In this document: positions 17,533 to 27,740 of the stretch, piece after piece
Position numbering within the stretch: position 1 is the first letter of the stretch
How the letters are laid out: each line of letters opens with the position of its first letter
Assembly: GCA_031370785.1 (NCBI GenBank)
Contig: JANMQY010000062.1
Location: 1-53,245 of the forward strand
Source: Candidatus Eiseniibacteriota bacterium
Lineage (GTDB): Bacteria > Eisenbacteria > RBG-16-71-46
Reading direction: 5' to 3'
Length of the DNA stretch: 53,245 bases
Position numbers and translations under genes: made by a program
Notes under the pieces: model-generated
Database searches by the model: none
What the model saw: the letters and a program-made list of their open reading frames with translations, nothing else
Told to the model about the DNA's origin: nothing

Positions 17533-19371
17533 ATGGGACGCCGCCGCGCCGCCTTTGCTGTCCTGGTCCTGATCGCGCTCGCGATCTTCCTGGTGCCCAG
17601 CCTATGGTTCAGGCCGTGGATCATCGACCACTTCTACATGCGTGTGTTCCTGGTCGAGGCGCTCCACCACCCGATGCTGCTCACCCGGATCGGCGTGCTC
17701 GACGGCTCCCCGCTCGACGGCTACAACGCCAGGCTCGACGACTTCTCTCCGGCGGCGGAGCGGGCCGGGCAGGCGCGGGCCGAGCGCGCGCTCGCGACAC
17801 TGCGCGGATACGACCGCGCCTCGATGTCGCGCCACGAGCGACTGTCGGCCGACGTGCTCGACTGGTACCTGGACGACCTGAAGCGCGGCGCCGCGTTCCC
17901 GTTCCACGACTATCCGGTGAATCAGCTCGCGGGCCTGCAGAGCCAGCTCCCGGACTTCCTCATCAACGTGCACCCGCTCAAGCGTGAGCGTGACGTGCGC
18001 CACTACGTGAAACGGGTCGCGGCCATCACGCTCGCGCTCGATCAGGTCATCGAGGGGCTGAAGCTTCGCGAATCTCTGAACGTGGTTCCGCCGCGCTTCG
18101 TGCTCGACAAGGTGCTGGCGGGCATGAAGCAGTTCACCGGAGTGCCGCCGCGCGAGAACGAGCTGTACGTGCACCTGGCGGAGAAACTCCCTTCGATACG
18201 CGGCCTCGAGGCGAAGCGCGGCGCGGCGCACCTTTCCGACCTCGAGAGGACGCTGGCGTCCCGGGTCTACCCGGCCTACGCGCGCCTGATCGCGGAATGC
18301 GCGCACCTCGATTCGATTGCGGGGACCGACGATGGGGTGTGGAAGCTCCCACACGGCGACGCCTACTACGCGTGGTGCCTGCGCCACCACACCACCACCG
18401 ACCTCTCGGCCGACTCGATCCACGCGCTCGGGCTGGCCGAGGTCGCACGCATCCAGGCGCAGATGCGCTCGCTGCTTCGCGCCCAGCATCTGCCCGCCGA
18501 GGACGTCGGGGCGAGCGTGGCGAGGCTGCGCGACCAGCCGCGCTTCCACTATCCGGACGTGGAAGGCGCGCGCGACTCGATCCTCGCCGACTATCAACGC
18601 ATCATCGATGACGCCTCGCGCAGATCCGACACCCTGTTCCACATGCGGCCGAAGGCAGGCGTTGGGGTCAAGCGCGTGCCGCCGTTCGAAGAGGCGACCG
18701 CGCCGGGCGGGTACTATCAGCCGCCGTCGCTGGGCGGCGACCGGCCGGGGACGTTCTTCGCCAATCTCCGCGACGTCGGCGCGGTGTTCCGCCCCGGAAT
18801 GCGCACGCTCGCGTACCACGAGGCAATCCCAGGGCATCACTTTCAGATCTCGATCGCGCAGGAGCTGAAAGACGTGCCGCTCTTCCGCAAGCTCATCCCG
18901 TTCACTGCCTACATCGAAGGATGGGGGCTTTATGCGGAACAGCTCGCGCTCGAGGAGGGCTTCCATCCGACCGCCTACGATTCGCTGGGCGCACTCGGCT
19001 CCGAACTGTTCCGCGCCGCGCGCCTCGTGGTGGACACCGGCATCCACCACAAGCACTGGACGCGGCCACAGGCCATCGAGTACATGGTGAGAACCACCGG
19101 CCGGGACGAACCCGCGGTCATCGCCGAGGTCGAGCGCTACATCGTGGCGCCGGGGCAGGCGTGCGCCTACAAGGTGGGGGAGCTCAGAATCGTGGCGTTG
19201 CGCGAGCGCGCCCGCGCGAAGCTGGGCACGAAGTTCGATCTGCGCCAGTTCCACGACCTCGTGCTGAGCCACGGAGCGCTGCCGCTTTCCGTGCTCGAGC
19301 GAGAAGTGGACGACTGGATCGATCGCGAGCTGCACCTGCCCGACCGCGCGAGCCGCGTGCTGGACGACTGA
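17533..19371 (+). CDS. DUF885 family protein (putative HExxxGHH metalloprotein) with N-terminal signal/TM segment
   Basis: LAYHEAIPGHHFQ, AYIEGWGLYAE, FRAARLVVDTGIH, EVERY…PGQACAYKVG motifs. Confidence 0.9.
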   Translation: MGRRRAAFAVLVLIALAIFLVPSLWFRPWIIDHFYMRVFLVEALHHPMLLTRIGVLDGSPLDGYNARLDDFSPAAERAGQARAERALATLRGYDRASMSRHERLSADVLDWYLDDLKRGAAFPFHDYPVNQLAGLQSQLPDFLINVHPLKRERDVRHYVKRVAAITLALDQVIEGLKLRESLNVVPPRFVLDKVLAGMKQFTGVPPRENELYVHLAEKLPSIRGLEAKRGAAHLSDLERTLASRVYPAYARLIAECAHLDSIAGTDDGVWKLPHGDAYYAWCLRHHTTTDLSADSIHALGLAEVARIQAQMRSLLRAQHLPAEDVGASVARLRDQPRFHYPDVEGARDSILADYQRIIDDASRRSDTLFHMRPKAGVGVKRVPPFEEATAPGGYYQPPSLGGDRPGTFFANLRDVGAVFRPGMRTLAYHEAIPGHHFQISIAQELKDVPLFRKLIPFTAYIEGWGLYAEQLALEEGFHPTAYDSLGALGSELFRAARLVVDTGIHHKHWTRPQAIEYMVRTTGRDEPAVIAEVERYIVAPGQACAYKVGELRIVALRERARAKLGTKFDLRQFHDLVLSHGALPLSVLEREVDDWIDRELHLPDRASRVLDD

Positions 19372-19387
19372 AAGCCATCGAGGGCAC

Positions 19388-21802
19388 ATGAAGCTTCCAA
19401 TGTCGTGGCTGCGCGAGTGGATCGACACCGATGCATCGCCCGAAGCGGTCGGGGATGCACTCACCCGCCGCGGCTTCTACGTCGAGGGCATCGAGTCGCT
19501 CGGACACTCCTATCCGGGCGTGGTAGTCGCGCGCGTGCTCGAGACGGCGAAGCACCCGAATGCCGACAAGCTCTCGCTGTGCAAGGTGGACGGCGGCTCC
19601 GGTGAACTGAGCGTGGTGTGTGGCGCGCCCAACGTGAAGCCCGGGATGATGGTGCCGCTCGCCATCGTGGGCGCGAAGCTCCCCGGCGGCCTCGTGATCC
19701 GCAGATCCAAGATCCGCGGCGAAGACAGCCAGGGGATGCTGTGCTCGGCGCGCGAGCTGGAGATCTCGGACGACCACGAAGGCATTCTCGATCTGGAGCG
19801 CTGGCGTGCGGGAGTGACGCTGCCCGCGCCGGGCACGCCGTTCGACACGCTGCTCGATCCTCCCGACACGCTGCTCGAAGTCGAAGTGCCGTTCAACCGC
19901 CCGGACGGGCTCGGCGTAGTCGGCCTCGCGCGCGAGGTCAAGGCCGCGCTCGGCGGGTACTGGACCGCCGCCGCGACCGCGCGTCTCGCCGCGCGCTGGA
20001 GCGGCCGGTCCGACTTCGATCTCGAGCTCGAGGACACCGAGGGCTGCCCGCGCTACATCGCACAGATCGTCGAGAGCGTGGTGGTGGCCCCATCCCCTCG
20101 CTGGCTCACACGTCGCCTCGAGTCGGTGGGCCAGCGCTCGCTCAACAACGTGGTCGATCTCACCAATCTGGTGCTGTTCGAGATGGGGCAGCCGCTGCAT
20201 GCGTTCGACCTCGCGAAGCTCAAGGGTCCTTCGATCCGGGTGCGCCGCGCGCGAGCCGTCGAGCGTCTCACCACGCTCGACGGCAAGGATCGCGCTCTGG
20301 ATCCCGAGGTTCTGGTCATCGCCGACAAGGAGGTGCCGATCGCGATCGCGGGCATCATGGGCGGCGCTGCGACCGAAGTGACTCAGGCCACCACCTCGCT
20401 GCTGCTCGAGTGCGCGTGGTTCCAGCCCACCCGCGTCCGCCGCAGCGCGCGCGCCCTCGGACTCTCGACCGAGGCTTCGCGCCGCTACGAGCGCGGCGTG
20501 GATCCCGGGATCGGCCCCTCGGCCGCGGCGCGCTTCCTCGCGCTGCTGCGTGAGGTCGCGCCCGAATCGAAGCTGCTCGGGGCGCGCGAGCGCGACCACA
20601 CCGACGGCAAGCGCCGCACCCTCACGCTGCGCAGCAGCCGCGTGAACCGCCTGACCGGACTCGAGATGGGACCGGCCGAGGCCAAGCGCTACCTCGAATC
20701 GCTCGAGTTTGCGGCCGAGGCCGGAGACCCGCTGCGCGTCACCGTGCCTTCGTGGCGCAGCGACGTGACCATCGAGGACGATCTGGTCGAAGAGGTGGTG
20801 CGCGCTCACGGCTACGATCGGATCCCCGAGGCGCCGTTCGAGACCGGCGGCATGTACGCGACGCGCTCACCGCGTGAGCAGCTGCTGAACCGCGCGCGCG
20901 CCGCGATGCTCGCGCGCGGACTCATGGAGGCCTGCTCGCCGACGCTGGTCTCGGAGCGCGAAGCGGCCGAGGCCGCGATCCTGATCGGGGAGAAGCCGGA
21001 GTCGCTGGTCCGCCTGAGCAATCCGGTGAGTCGCGAGGGCGAAGTGCTGCGTCCGAGCCCGGTGCCGGGATTGCTTCGGGCGTGCGCGCACAACCTGCGA
21101 CAGGGCGTCGCGGCGGTCCGGCTGTTCGAGATCGGAAGCGGAATCCTGTCGCGAGGCGGCACGCTGCCGGAGGAGCGCCCCATGCTTGCGGCGCTGGTGT
21201 GCGGACCGCGCTGGGCCCACGCGCACGACGCCATGCAGGGCATGACCGAGTTCGAGGATGCGAAGGGATTGTGGGAGGCGTGGCTCGAAGAGATGCGCGT
21301 TGACACCCCGGAATGGCGGGCCTATTCTGCGCCCGGTTGGAAACCCGGTGCCAGTGCGGAGGTTGCAAGCGGGACTTCGCGCATTGGATGGGCGGGAACG
21401 CTGCATCCGACGCTGCTTCGCGCCTGGGAAATCGAAGTCCCGGTTCATCTCTTCATGGTGCTCCTGGACTCGCTGAACCAGACATCCACGCCGCCTCGGG
21501 TGACGCTGCCCGGCAGATTTCCACCGGTGCGTCGCGACCTCGCATTCTTCGTACCCGCGAACGTCACGCACCTGCAGGTGGAGCGCACGCTGCGCACCGC
21601 AGGTGGCGAGCGGCTCCATTCGATCGAGCTGTTCGACGTGTACGCTGGGCCGGGAACGCCCGAGGGCAGGAAAAGTCTGGCGTACGCGCTCCAGTTCCAG
21701 CATCCAGAGCGCACGCTGACCGAGTCCGAAGTTCAGGCGATCCAGGACCGCATGGTTGCGGCCGTTGCGAAGGAATGCGGCGGTCAGCTGAGAGAACGAT
21801 GA
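19388..21802 (+). CDS. pheT: Phenylalanine--tRNA ligase beta subunit
   Basis: MKLPMSWLREW, HPNADKL, VVCGAPN, SQGMLCS, NRPD, GQPLHAFD, WRSDV…DLVEEV, C-terminal FDX-ACB domain. Confidence 0.96.
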   Translation: MKLPMSWLREWIDTDASPEAVGDALTRRGFYVEGIESLGHSYPGVVVARVLETAKHPNADKLSLCKVDGGSGELSVVCGAPNVKPGMMVPLAIVGAKLPGGLVIRRSKIRGEDSQGMLCSARELEISDDHEGILDLERWRAGVTLPAPGTPFDTLLDPPDTLLEVEVPFNRPDGLGVVGLAREVKAALGGYWTAAATARLAARWSGRSDFDLELEDTEGCPRYIAQIVESVVVAPSPRWLTRRLESVGQRSLNNVVDLTNLVLFEMGQPLHAFDLAKLKGPSIRVRRARAVERLTTLDGKDRALDPEVLVIADKEVPIAIAGIMGGAATEVTQATTSLLLECAWFQPTRVRRSARALGLSTEASRRYERGVDPGIGPSAAARFLALLREVAPESKLLGARERDHTDGKRRTLTLRSSRVNRLTGLEMGPAEAKRYLESLEFAAEAGDPLRVTVPSWRSDVTIEDDLVEEVVRAHGYDRIPEAPFETGGMYATRSPREQLLNRARAAMLARGLMEACSPTLVSEREAAEAAILIGEKPESLVRLSNPVSREGEVLRPSPVPGLLRACAHNLRQGVAAVRLFEIGSGILSRGGTLPEERPMLAALVCGPRWAHAHDAMQGMTEFEDAKGLWEAWLEEMRVDTPEWRAYSAPGWKPGASAEVASGTSRIGWAGTLHPTLLRAWEIEVPVHLFMVLLDSLNQTSTPPRVTLPGRFPPVRRDLAFFVPANVTHLQVERTLRTAGGERLHSIELFDVYAGPGTPEGRKSLAYALQFQHPERTLTESEVQAIQDRMVAAVAKECGGQLRER

Positions 21803-22107
21803 ACGAGACCTCGACCGCACCTAAGACCATCAGCATCGATCTGGACCGACTGGCCGAACGGGTGGAAAAGGCCGCGTCCATGGTGCAGCAGCTGCGCGAA
21901 GATCGCGAGCGGCTGTCGCGCGAGCGCGAACACCTGGCGCGCCGCGTTCAGGAGATGGAACACAAACTTCAGGGTCAGGATGCCGCCGCATTGCTCCAGG
22001 AGCTGAACTCGCTCAAGCGCGAGCAGCGGGACTGGGTGAGCGAACGACGCGACGTGACCTCTCGAATCGAGACGCTCGTCAAGAAGCTCGAGCGGATCGA
22101 AGCCTAG
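21799..22107 (+). CDS. Coiled-coil protein, ZapB-like
   Basis: ATGA overlap with the pheT stop; heptad-rich LDRLAERVEKAASMVQQLREDRERL; position upstream of zapA. Confidence 0.7.
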   Translation: MNETSTAPKTISIDLDRLAERVEKAASMVQQLREDRERLSREREHLARRVQEMEHKLQGQDAAALLQELNSLKREQRDWVSERRDVTSRIETLVKKLERIEA

Positions 22108-22214
22108 GTCTTTGGCGCCGCGCAGCCCGGCCCGAACGGCGGGAGGCAGGGCGTCCAAGGGCCGAGATTCAACCAAACAGGAACGCAGGGAAATCGCGGC
22201 GACGCGGGGGCACC

Positions 22215-22520
22215 GTGGACACCAAGAATGTCGTCCAGGTCCAGATCTTCGGCCACAGCTACACCATTCGCGGCGAGGCCAACCAGGAATACATCATGGG
22301 GGTGGCCGCATACGTGGACCGCAAGATGCGCGAGATCACCGAGAAGCTTCCGGTGGCCTCGCTGTCCAAGGTGGCAATCCTCGCATCCCTGAACATTGCC
22401 GATGAGCTGTTCAAGGAGCGCGCGCAGCACCAGACTTCGGAACAGCGCCTGAACCATCAGGCGGCGCGTCTCAACGCGGTACTGGACGAGATGCTCCAGG
22501 ACAGCGCATCGACCAAATGA
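22215..22520 (+). CDS. zapA: Cell division protein ZapA
   Basis: VQVQIFGHSYTI…VAAYVDRKMREI…KVAILASLNIADEL. Confidence 0.93.
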   Translation: MDTKNVVQVQIFGHSYTIRGEANQEYIMGVAAYVDRKMREITEKLPVASLSKVAILASLNIADELFKERAQHQTSEQRLNHQAARLNAVLDEMLQDSASTK

Positions 22521-22546
22521 CCTCGAGGGTCTCCGCAACGTTCGTG

Positions 22547-22739
22547 AATTCCCTGCCGTGCGCGTGATGCCACGCAGTTCTTGAACCAACAGAAACGTCA
22601 AGGGTGTCCGAGTGATCGGCGACGCCACGCCCCTCAGGTCTTCATGGACCATGGGGATCGCTGACCCGGTCGAACGGGCGCCCACCTGGTACTCCAGGTC
22701 TCAAGAACTCCCGTGCACACGGCATTTCGGCGGGGATTT
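22547..22739 (+). ncRNA. ssrS: 6S RNA
   Basis: About 190 nt between zapA and rny (typical synteny); terminal pairing TCCCTGCCGTGCGCG…CGTGCACACGGCA…GGGGA; internal GTTCTTGA/TCAAGAAC pairing and CCCACC motif. Confidence 0.85.
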
Positions 22740-22817
22740 TTCCCTGCCTGAGGCTCGAGGCGGCCCGCCGCACCTCTTCTTAGAGGGGGGCTCCGCCGGA
22801 GTCCGGGGGATGGCGTG

Positions 22818-24380
22818 ATGAATCTTTGGACCTTTATCGGCGGCATCGCTGGCGGTGCCGTCGTCGCATTTGCGGTCGGCTACTTCATTCGAGCCCGGCT
22901 CGGCGCGCTTCGCCTCGAGAGCGCGGAACAACGCGCTCACGGGCTGCTTGAGCAGGCGGCACGCGACGCCGAGTCGGCGCGGCGCAACGCGGTGCTCGAG
23001 GGACGCGAGGAGGCGTTGCGCGTCAAGCAGCAGGTCGAGCGCGAGATGCAGGCCGCGCGCGCCACGCAGCTCGAGGCCGAGCGAGTGTTCCAGGAGAAGG
23101 AGGTCGCGTTCAGCCGCCGCGTCGAGCTGATCGAGAAGAAGGATCGCGACTTGAAGCGGATCGAGAGCGACCTGAACCTGCGCGAGACCGCGGTCACCTC
23201 GCGCAATCAGGAGCTGGACGCGGTCGTCGCGCAGCAGACCGTCCGGCTCGAGCGCATCGCCGGGATGAGCTCGGAGGATGCGCGCGCACAGCTCATCGCC
23301 CAGATCGAGAGTGAAGCACGCGCCGAGGGTGCCCGGCGCGTAGCCGAGGTGCGCGAAGCCGCGCAGCGCAATTCCGAGCGTGAGGCGCGCAAGATCATCG
23401 TGCTCGCGATCCAGCGCTATGCCGCCGACCACGTCTCGGACTCCTCGGTGTCGGTGGTGCACCTGCCGAGCGACGACATGAAGGGCCGGATCATCGGGCG
23501 CGAGGGCCGCAACATCCGCTCGTTCGAGACCATCACCGGCGTCGACGTGATCATCGACGACACGCCCGAGGCGGTGATCCTGTCGGGTTTCGATCCGGTG
23601 CGCCGCGAGGTCGCGCGGCAGTCGCTGGAGCGCCTGGTCGCCGACGGCCGCATCCATCCCGCGCGCATCGAGGAAGTGGTCGCCAAGGTGAAGTCCGAGG
23701 TCGAGGGCAAGATCCGCGAGCTGGGCGAGATGGCGTGCCTGGAAGTGGGCGTGCACGGCATCCACGCCGAGTTGCAGAACCTGCTCGGCCGGCTCCATTA
23801 CCGCACCTCGTACGGGCAGAACATCCTGCGCCACTCGATCGAGGTGGCGCATCTGGCGGGCATCATGGCCGCCGAGATCGGCATGGATCAGAAGATGGCC
23901 AAGCGCGGCGGGCTCATGCACGACATCGGCAAGGCCATCGATCACGATCAGGAGGGAACGCATCCTGCGCTCGGCATGGAGGTCGCCGCCCGCTACGGCG
24001 AGCCACAGCCGGTGCTCGAGGCGATCGGCTACCACCACGACGACTATGCGGGCGGGAGCCTGTGGCCGGTGCTGGTCTCGGCCGCGGACGCCATCTCGGG
24101 CGCGCGTCCCGGTGCGCGGCGCGAGAGCCTCGAGGTGTACATCAAGCGGCTCGAGGGCCTCGAGAAGATCGCGAACGGCTTCCCCGGGGTCGAGAAGTCC
24201 TACGCGATCCAGGCCGGGCGGGAGGTGCGCATCATGGTCGAGCACCACAAGGTGGACGATGCTCGCGCGCAGAACCTCGCGGGCGAGATCGCGCGCCGGA
24301 TCGAGAAGGAAATGCAGTACCCGGGCCAGATCCGCGTCACCGTGATCCGCGAGACCCGCGCGGTCGACTACGCGAAGTAG
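22818..24380 (+). CDS. rny: Ribonuclease Y
   Basis: N-terminal TM helix, coiled coil, KH domain [16 protein letters not shown] domain [12 protein letters not shown]…MHDIGK. Start at 22815 (GTG) or 22818 (ATG). Confidence 0.96.
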   Translation: MNLWTFIGGIAGGAVVAFAVGYFIRARLGALRLESAEQRAHGLLEQAARDAESARRNAVLEGREEALRVKQQVEREMQAARATQLEAERVFQEKEVAFSRRVELIEKKDRDLKRIESDLNLRETAVTSRNQELDAVVAQQTVRLERIAGMSSEDARAQLIAQIESEARAEGARRVAEVREAAQRNSEREARKIIVLAIQRYAADHVSDSSVSVVHLPSDDMKGRIIGREGRNIRSFETITGVDVIIDDTPEAVILSGFDPVRREVARQSLERLVADGRIHPARIEEVVAKVKSEVEGKIRELGEMACLEVGVHGIHAELQNLLGRLHYRTSYGQNILRHSIEVAHLAGIMAAEIGMDQKMAKRGGLMHDIGKAIDHDQEGTHPALGMEVAARYGEPQPVLEAIGYHHDDYAGGSLWPVLVSAADAISGARPGARRESLEVYIKRLEGLEKIANGFPGVEKSYAIQAGREVRIMVEHHKVDDARAQNLAGEIARRIEKEMQYPGQIRVTVIRETRAVDYAK

Positions 24381-24386
24381 GAGCCC

Positions 24387-26078
24387 ATGCTCAACATCCT
24401 TTTCATCGCCGACGTGATCGGCTCGCCGGGACGCGAGGTCGTGAAGGCGCTGCTGCCCGAGCTCAAGCGCCGGCACGACGCGCATCTCACGATCGTCAAC
24501 GCCGAGAACTCGGCGGGCGGATTCGGAGTGACCAGGGACTCGGCCGCCGGGTTGTTCTCGGCGGGCGCGGATGTCCTGACCGGCGGCAATCACCTGTGGG
24601 ACCGCAAGGAAGCGATCGGTTACATCGCCGAGGAGCCACGCCTGGTGCGCCCCGCGAATCTGCCGCCGGGAACCCCGGGGCAGGGGTACGCGAGCTTCCG
24701 GGCGACCGACGGCACCACGGTCGGCGTCGTCAACCTGCTCGGGCGCGTGTTCATGCGCGAATGTGATTGTCCGTTCCGTGCCGCCGACGTCGCGATCGAG
24801 GCGCTGCGCGCGCGCGGCTGCAAGGTGATCGTGGTCGACTTCCATGCCGAGACCACCGCCGAGAAGGTCGCGATGGGATGGCATCTCGATGGCCGGGCCA
24901 GTCTGCTGGTCGGCACGCACACCCACGTGCAGACCGCCGACGAACGCGTGCTCCCGAAAGGCCTGGCATTCGTCACCGACGCAGGCATGACTGGCGGCTT
25001 CGACTCGGTCATCGGCATGGACCGCGAGGCGGCGCTGCGCCGCTTTCTCACTCTGCTCCCGGAGCGGCTCACGCCTTCCGATGGCGATCAGCGCCTGAAC
25101 GGCGTGCTGGCGCGCGTCGATCCCGCGACCGGCCGCGCCGTCCACGTTCAGCGCCTGCAGATTCCGTACGCGCGCCGGATCGGCGACGCCCCGGCGCGGC
25201 TGCTGCGTGGGGATGAGCCGGCACTGTCGGTGAGGCTCGGCGTCCGCGCCGAAGTCGAGAAGCTGCGCCAGAGCGGGGTCACACCGATGCTGGCGCTGGT
25301 CTCGGTCGGCGAGGATCCGGCCTCGAAGATCTACCTCAAGCGCAAGAGCGAGGCGTGCGCCGAGGTCGGAATCGAAACCCGGCGTGTGGCGCTTCCGGCG
25401 GGGGAGAGCACCGCGAGCATCATCGAGCGCGTGCGCCAGCTGGGCGCCGACGCCGAGGTGCACGGTATTCTCGTGCAGCTGCCGCTTCCGGCTCCGGCGG
25501 ACTCCCAGGCGGTGCTTCAGGCGATTCCGCCGTCACGCGACGTGGACGGATTCCATCCCGAGAACGTCGGGCGGCTGAGCCTCGGCCTGCCGGGCTTCGT
25601 TCCGGCCACGCCGCGCGGCATCCTCGAGCTGCTGCGCTACTGGCAGATTCCGCTCGCCGGACGGCATGCGGTGATCCTCGGCCGCAGCAACGTCGTGGGT
25701 CGTCCGCTCTCGACGCTGCTCTCGCAGAAGGGCGTGGACATGACGGTGACGCTCGGCCACAGCGCGAGCGGACCGGCGCTGCGCTCGCTCGCGCGCGAAG
25801 CCGACCTGCTGGTCGCGGCGATCGGACGCCCGGAGACCGTGACCGCCGAGTGGGTCAAGCCCGGCGCGACGGTCGTGGACGTCGGCATCCATCGGGTTCC
25901 CGCGCCCGGCTCGCGCACCGGCTCGCGGCTCACCGGCGATGTCGATGCGGCCTCGGTGGCGTGGGTCGCCGGCGCGCTCACCCCGGTCCCGGGTGGGGTG
26001 GGGCCGATGACCGTCGCGATGGTGGTCGCCAACACCGTGCTCGCGGCCCAGCGCCCGCGCGCCGGGGTCGGCGTCTAG
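24387..26078 (+). CDS. ymdB-folD: Fusion of YmdB-type (TIGR00282) metallophosphoesterase and bifunctional methylene-THF dehydrogenase/cyclohydrolase FolD
   Basis: N-terminal ~260 aa: NAENSAGG, GGNH, DFHAE, GTHTH, TDAGMTG. C-terminal part: YLKRK, GILVQLPL, DVDGFHPENVG, GRSNVVGRP, VDVGI, TPVPGGVGPMT. Single uninterrupted 563-aa frame. Confidence 0.9.
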   Translation: MLNILFIADVIGSPGREVVKALLPELKRRHDAHLTIVNAENSAGGFGVTRDSAAGLFSAGADVLTGGNHLWDRKEAIGYIAEEPRLVRPANLPPGTPGQGYASFRATDGTTVGVVNLLGRVFMRECDCPFRAADVAIEALRARGCKVIVVDFHAETTAEKVAMGWHLDGRASLLVGTHTHVQTADERVLPKGLAFVTDAGMTGGFDSVIGMDREAALRRFLTLLPERLTPSDGDQRLNGVLARVDPATGRAVHVQRLQIPYARRIGDAPARLLRGDEPALSVRLGVRAEVEKLRQSGVTPMLALVSVGEDPASKIYLKRKSEACAEVGIETRRVALPAGESTASIIERVRQLGADAEVHGILVQLPLPAPADSQAVLQAIPPSRDVDGFHPENVGRLSLGLPGFVPATPRGILELLRYWQIPLAGRHAVILGRSNVVGRPLSTLLSQKGVDMTVTLGHSASGPALRSLAREADLLVAAIGRPETVTAEWVKPGATVVDVGIHRVPAPGSRTGSRLTGDVDAASVAWVAGALTPVPGGVGPMTVAMVVANTVLAAQRPRAGVGV

Positions 26079-26083
26079 CGCCA

Positions 26084-27466
26084 ATGGCCGTCGCACCCGC
26101 TCCACAGCCCATCCTCACGGTCTCGGCGCTCACGCGCCTCATCAAGCAGGCGCTGCGCGATTCGTTCTCTTCCGTCTGGGTCAAGGGCGAGATCTCGGGC
26201 TGGAAACGCGCGGGCAGCGGCCACGCCTACCTGACGCTCAAGGACCCGACCGGCCCGGTGCTCGACTGCGTCATCTGGAGCGGCACTCCTCTCGACTTCG
26301 ATCCGCGGGATGGGATGGAAGTCGAAGCGTTCGGCGACATCACGGTGTACGAGGCGCGCGGCAAATATCAGCTGGCGATCAAGGAGATCCGGCCCGCCGG
26401 ACTCGGCGCTCTGCTGATCGCGCTCGAAGAGCTCAAGCGTCGCCTGCATGCCGAGGGCCTGTTCGACCCCGCGCGCAAGCGTCCGCTGCCCCGCTTCCCC
26501 CGCACGGTCGGGCTCGTGACCTCGCCGACCGGAGCGGCGGTGCGCGACATGATCAAGGTGCTGCGCTCGCGCTGGCCCTCGATCCGGATCGTGCTCGCGC
26601 CGGTGCGCGTGCAGGGCCTGGGCGCGGCAGAGGAGATCGCCGCGGCCATCGCCCGCTTCGATCGCTGGGGGAGGGCAGACGTGCTCATCGTCGGGCGCGG
26701 GGGAGGATCGCTCGAGGACCTGTGGGCGTTCAACGAGGAGGTCGTGGTCCGCGCGGTGGCGCTCTCGAAGGCGCCGGTGATCTCGGCGATCGGGCACGAA
26801 GTAGACACCACGCTCACCGACTTCGCCGCCGACGTGCGCGCCGCGACCCCTTCGAACGCCGCCGAGCTCGCGGTGCGCGATCGCGACGAGATCGCGCGCC
26901 GGGTCGGGCTACTCGATGCCCGCGCCGATCGCGCGGTGCGCGGGTCGCTCACGGATTGGCGCGGGCGGCTCGAGTCGCTCACCGACAAGTACGGCTTCCG
27001 CAACGTGCGCGACGTGGTGCGCATCCACCAGCAGCGCATTGACGACCTGATGGAGCGCATGCGACTGGGAGTGAGCCGGCGCCTGCGCGCGGTTCGCGAC
27101 CTGCTGTCCGCGATGGCCGGACGCTACGGGCTGCGCGAGTGGCCGCGCGTGCTCGAGGAGCGCCGCGAGCGGGTGGAGTCGGCACTCGGGCGGTTGACGC
27201 CCGCGCTGGTGGACGGCGTGCACGGACGTCGAACCCAGCTGCATGCACTCGACGACAGGCTGCGCGCGCTCTCGCCGCGTCAGGTGCTGCAGCGGGGCTT
27301 TTGCATCGCACGCGGGCCGGACGGTAGGCTGGTCCGCGCCGCCGACGCGCTTGCGATCGGAGATCGGGTGGCGCTCGAATTCGCCCGCGGCGAGGCGGAC
27401 GCCCGCATCGAGGCGGTGCGCCCAGGAGGAACTCATGGCACCAAGGAAGAATCCGGCGGCCGCTGA
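26084..27466 (+). CDS. xseA: Exodeoxyribonuclease VII large subunit
   Basis: LTVSAL…VWVKGEIS…GHAYLTLKD, VTSPTGAAVRD, GRGGGSLEDLW, SAIGHEVD, TPSNAAE. Confidence 0.95.
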   Translation: MAVAPAPQPILTVSALTRLIKQALRDSFSSVWVKGEISGWKRAGSGHAYLTLKDPTGPVLDCVIWSGTPLDFDPRDGMEVEAFGDITVYEARGKYQLAIKEIRPAGLGALLIALEELKRRLHAEGLFDPARKRPLPRFPRTVGLVTSPTGAAVRDMIKVLRSRWPSIRIVLAPVRVQGLGAAEEIAAAIARFDRWGRADVLIVGRGGGSLEDLWAFNEEVVVRAVALSKAPVISAIGHEVDTTLTDFAADVRAATPSNAAELAVRDRDEIARRVGLLDARADRAVRGSLTDWRGRLESLTDKYGFRNVRDVVRIHQQRIDDLMERMRLGVSRRLRAVRDLLSAMAGRYGLREWPRVLEERRERVESALGRLTPALVDGVHGRRTQLHALDDRLRALSPRQVLQRGFCIARGPDGRLVRAADALAIGDRVALEFARGEADARIEAVRPGGTHGTKEESGGR

Positions 27467-27740
27467 GGCTGCGGAGCAGCCCAGCTTCGAGATCGCGCTC
27501 GCCCGGCTCGAGACCATTGTCGATGAGCTCGAGGGCGGGGATCTGTCGCTCGAGGATTCGATCGCGCGCTACGAAGAGGGCATGAAGCTCTCACGCCGCC
27601 TGGCGCAGACTCTCGACGAAGCCGAGAAGCGCATCGAGAAGCTGGTGGATGCGGACGAGCCCGACGCCGCGCCGACCACCAAGCCGATCGAGCTTTCGCT
27701 CGCCGGTGGTGACGAGACCGAGGGCAAGCTGCCGTTTTGA
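27435..27740 (+). CDS. xseB: Exodeoxyribonuclease VII small subunit
   Basis: SFEIALARLETIVDELEGGDLSLEDSIARYEEG; RBS AGGAGG. Confidence 0.94.
   Translation: MAPRKNPAAAEAAEQPSFEIALARLETIVDELEGGDLSLEDSIARYEEGMKLSRRLAQTLDEAEKRIEKLVDADEPDAAPTTKPIELSLAGGDETEGKLPF

Noticed and set aside
22701..25463. 920-aa minus-strand ORF
   Set aside because: Antisense shadow of rny and ymdB-folD; high GC suppresses stops and there are no recognisable motifs.
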